In this document: positions 16,952-17,917 of the stretch, piece after piece
Position numbering within the stretch: position 1 is the stretch's first letter
Layout: the number at the start of each line of letters is the position of its first letter
Source: Myxococcota bacterium
Lineage (GTDB): Bacteria; Myxococcota; JACRCW01
Assembly: GCA_040752415.1 (NCBI GenBank)
Contig: JBFMGU010000213.1
Coordinates: forward strand, 1 to 17,917
DNA length: 17,917 nt
Reading direction: 5' to 3'
The notes under the pieces: model-generated
Database searches by the model: none
What the model saw: the letters and a program-made list of their open reading frames with translations, nothing else
What the model was told of the DNA's origin: nothing
Translations under genes and position numbers: made by a program

Positions 16952-17132
16952 CCTTGTCCCTGCGGAACGGCAGCATGCCGCCCGTCTGCCCGCCTTGGAG
17001 GAGCCGCGTTCTGGCGCCTTCGCGGATCGTTAGCCGGTTAACGGTCCGGGCCCACGACGGAAAGCGCGCCTCCGGTTCCAGGGCAGGCCGAGCGGAAAAC
17101 GGCAGTGGTCTCAAAGGCGTAGCAGGGCAGGG
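16952..17132 (+). ncRNA. Putative ~180-nt rod-shaped structured RNA (6S-like sRNA or structured 5' leader)
   Basis: Nested helices found by hand: 16952-16963/17122-17132, 16976-16980/17100-17104, 16984-16991/17081-17088, 16997-17001/17069-17073, 17005-17010/17063-17068 and apical 17023-17033/17038-17048. Several mismatches are G-U on the + strand. Lies in a 479-bp intergenic region. Confidence 0.45.
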
Positions 17133-17248
17133 AACCAGTCGGTGGATGGCAGCGGGGGTGGCAGGGGGCTTGCTGTGGGCCCCAACCGCCCCAAAGGCAA
17201 ACCGCGGGAAACAGGGGGCCGGAACACGGGGTCCCGGGAGTGGTGAGA

Positions 17249-17917
17249 ATGAAGCGAGTCACACGCAACCTTCTGCCGGTGGTCGCTGCCCTGACGGGGC
17301 TGGCGCTGGCCCCGGCGGTCTCCCGCGCGGAGGAGGCGGCCCAGCCGCTGGCCTCTGAAGCGGAGGCGGGCAGCGCGGCGGATCAGCCGACCACCCCGCC
17401 CAACCCCGTGGAGCCGGGCGTTCCCACCACCCCCACGCCGGAGATGCCCGGGGGGGCGGAGGGCGCTCCCAAGGAGGCGGAGCCCGCGGAGCCCTTCACG
17501 CCGTTCCTCCAGGTGCTCACGGACAAGTTCCCGTCGGCCAAGCCCGCCAAGTTCCCCGTGGGCATGATGGTCCTCGTGGACAACTCGTTCGGCACCGGCG
17601 CGTTCATGCTGAACTCCTACGCGCGCCAGCCCTACGTGAACACCATGGTCCGACTCGAGCCGTCGCTGACCATCTGGAAGTCCCTCAAGGCGCGCATGCG
17701 CCTGGACCTCAACAAGGAGTGGATCTCCAGCTACACGCAGTCCACCACCGTCCCCAACCAGCTCATGATCACGGACCTGTGGATGGGCGTGAGCATGGGT
17801 GAAATCTACCGGGAGAAGTGGACGGGCATCGGCTTTGGTGCCGGCGTGTGGACCTTCGCCCCCACCAGCATCCAGAGCCGCGGCGAGACGCTCATCACCG
17901 CCGTGCGCCCCTTCGCG
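17249..17917 (+). CDS. Secreted, probable outer-membrane beta-barrel protein (partial, runs off window end; absent from ORF track)
   Basis: GGGAG at 17236-17240, ATG 17249, open to the end of the window. MKRVTRNLLPVVAALTGLALAPAVSRA signal peptide, Pro/Glu linker, then alternating amphipathic strands (VGMMVLVDNSFG, YVNTMVRLEPSLTIW, LKARMRLDLNKEW, TGIGFGAGVWTFAPTS). Confidence 0.75.
   Translation, partial: MKRVTRNLLPVVAALTGLALAPAVSRAEEAAQPLASEAEAGSAADQPTTPPNPVEPGVPTTPTPEMPGGAEGAPKEAEPAEPFTPFLQVLTDKFPSAKPAKFPVGMMVLVDNSFGTGAFMLNSYARQPYVNTMVRLEPSLTIWKSLKARMRLDLNKEWISSYTQSTTVPNQLMITDLWMGVSMGEIYREKWTGIGFGAGVWTFAPTSIQSRGETLITAVRPFA

Noticed and set aside
16960..17240. CsrB/RsmZ-like GGA-repeat sRNA, SRP RNA or cobalamin riboswitch
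   Set aside because: GGA count is close to expectation for this composition and the GGAs are not in repeated small hairpin loops; the SRP helix-8 motif and B12 box are absent.
16806..17358. Short ORFs in the final intergenic region (16806-17114, 16876-17358, 17038-17268)
   Set aside because: No clear RBS, codon bias or protein-like composition; the region is better explained as promoter plus structured RNA.

Overview
GC-rich bacterial chromosomal segment. The abundance of Cys-rich lipoproteins and a 'DILFVIDNSGSM' vWA lipoprotein suggest Myxococcota/deltaproteobacteria (inference). I support 14 complete CDSs and one truncated CDS. In order: a lipid-anchored monoheme cytochrome c (-); an ATGA-coupled four-gene run (thiE, PuuD-like glutamine amidotransferase, a 1036-aa Cys-rich/PPC-repeat lipoprotein, a hypothetical lipoprotein); ribA, cysS, a TrcP-like deaminase/long-helix protein and an RluA-family pseudouridine synthase; kup; three minus-strand genes (Ala-rich 11-mer repeat protein, vWA lipoprotein, small Cys-rich lipoprotein); a plus-strand lipoprotein; and a truncated probable outer-membrane beta-barrel gene missing from the ORF track. 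Two items stand out. (1) An apparently split, two-gene version of the tRNA C-to-pseudouridine editor TrcP lies directly behind cysS, with an extra N-terminal CxxC-x3-H motif. (2) An unannotated ~180-nt rod-like structured RNA candidate (16952-17132, G-U-supported on the + strand) sits between a sigma70-like promoter and the beta-barrel gene. No mobile elements, CRISPR arrays, tRNA or rRNA were seen. All family assignments come from motif recognition by eye, not database searches.
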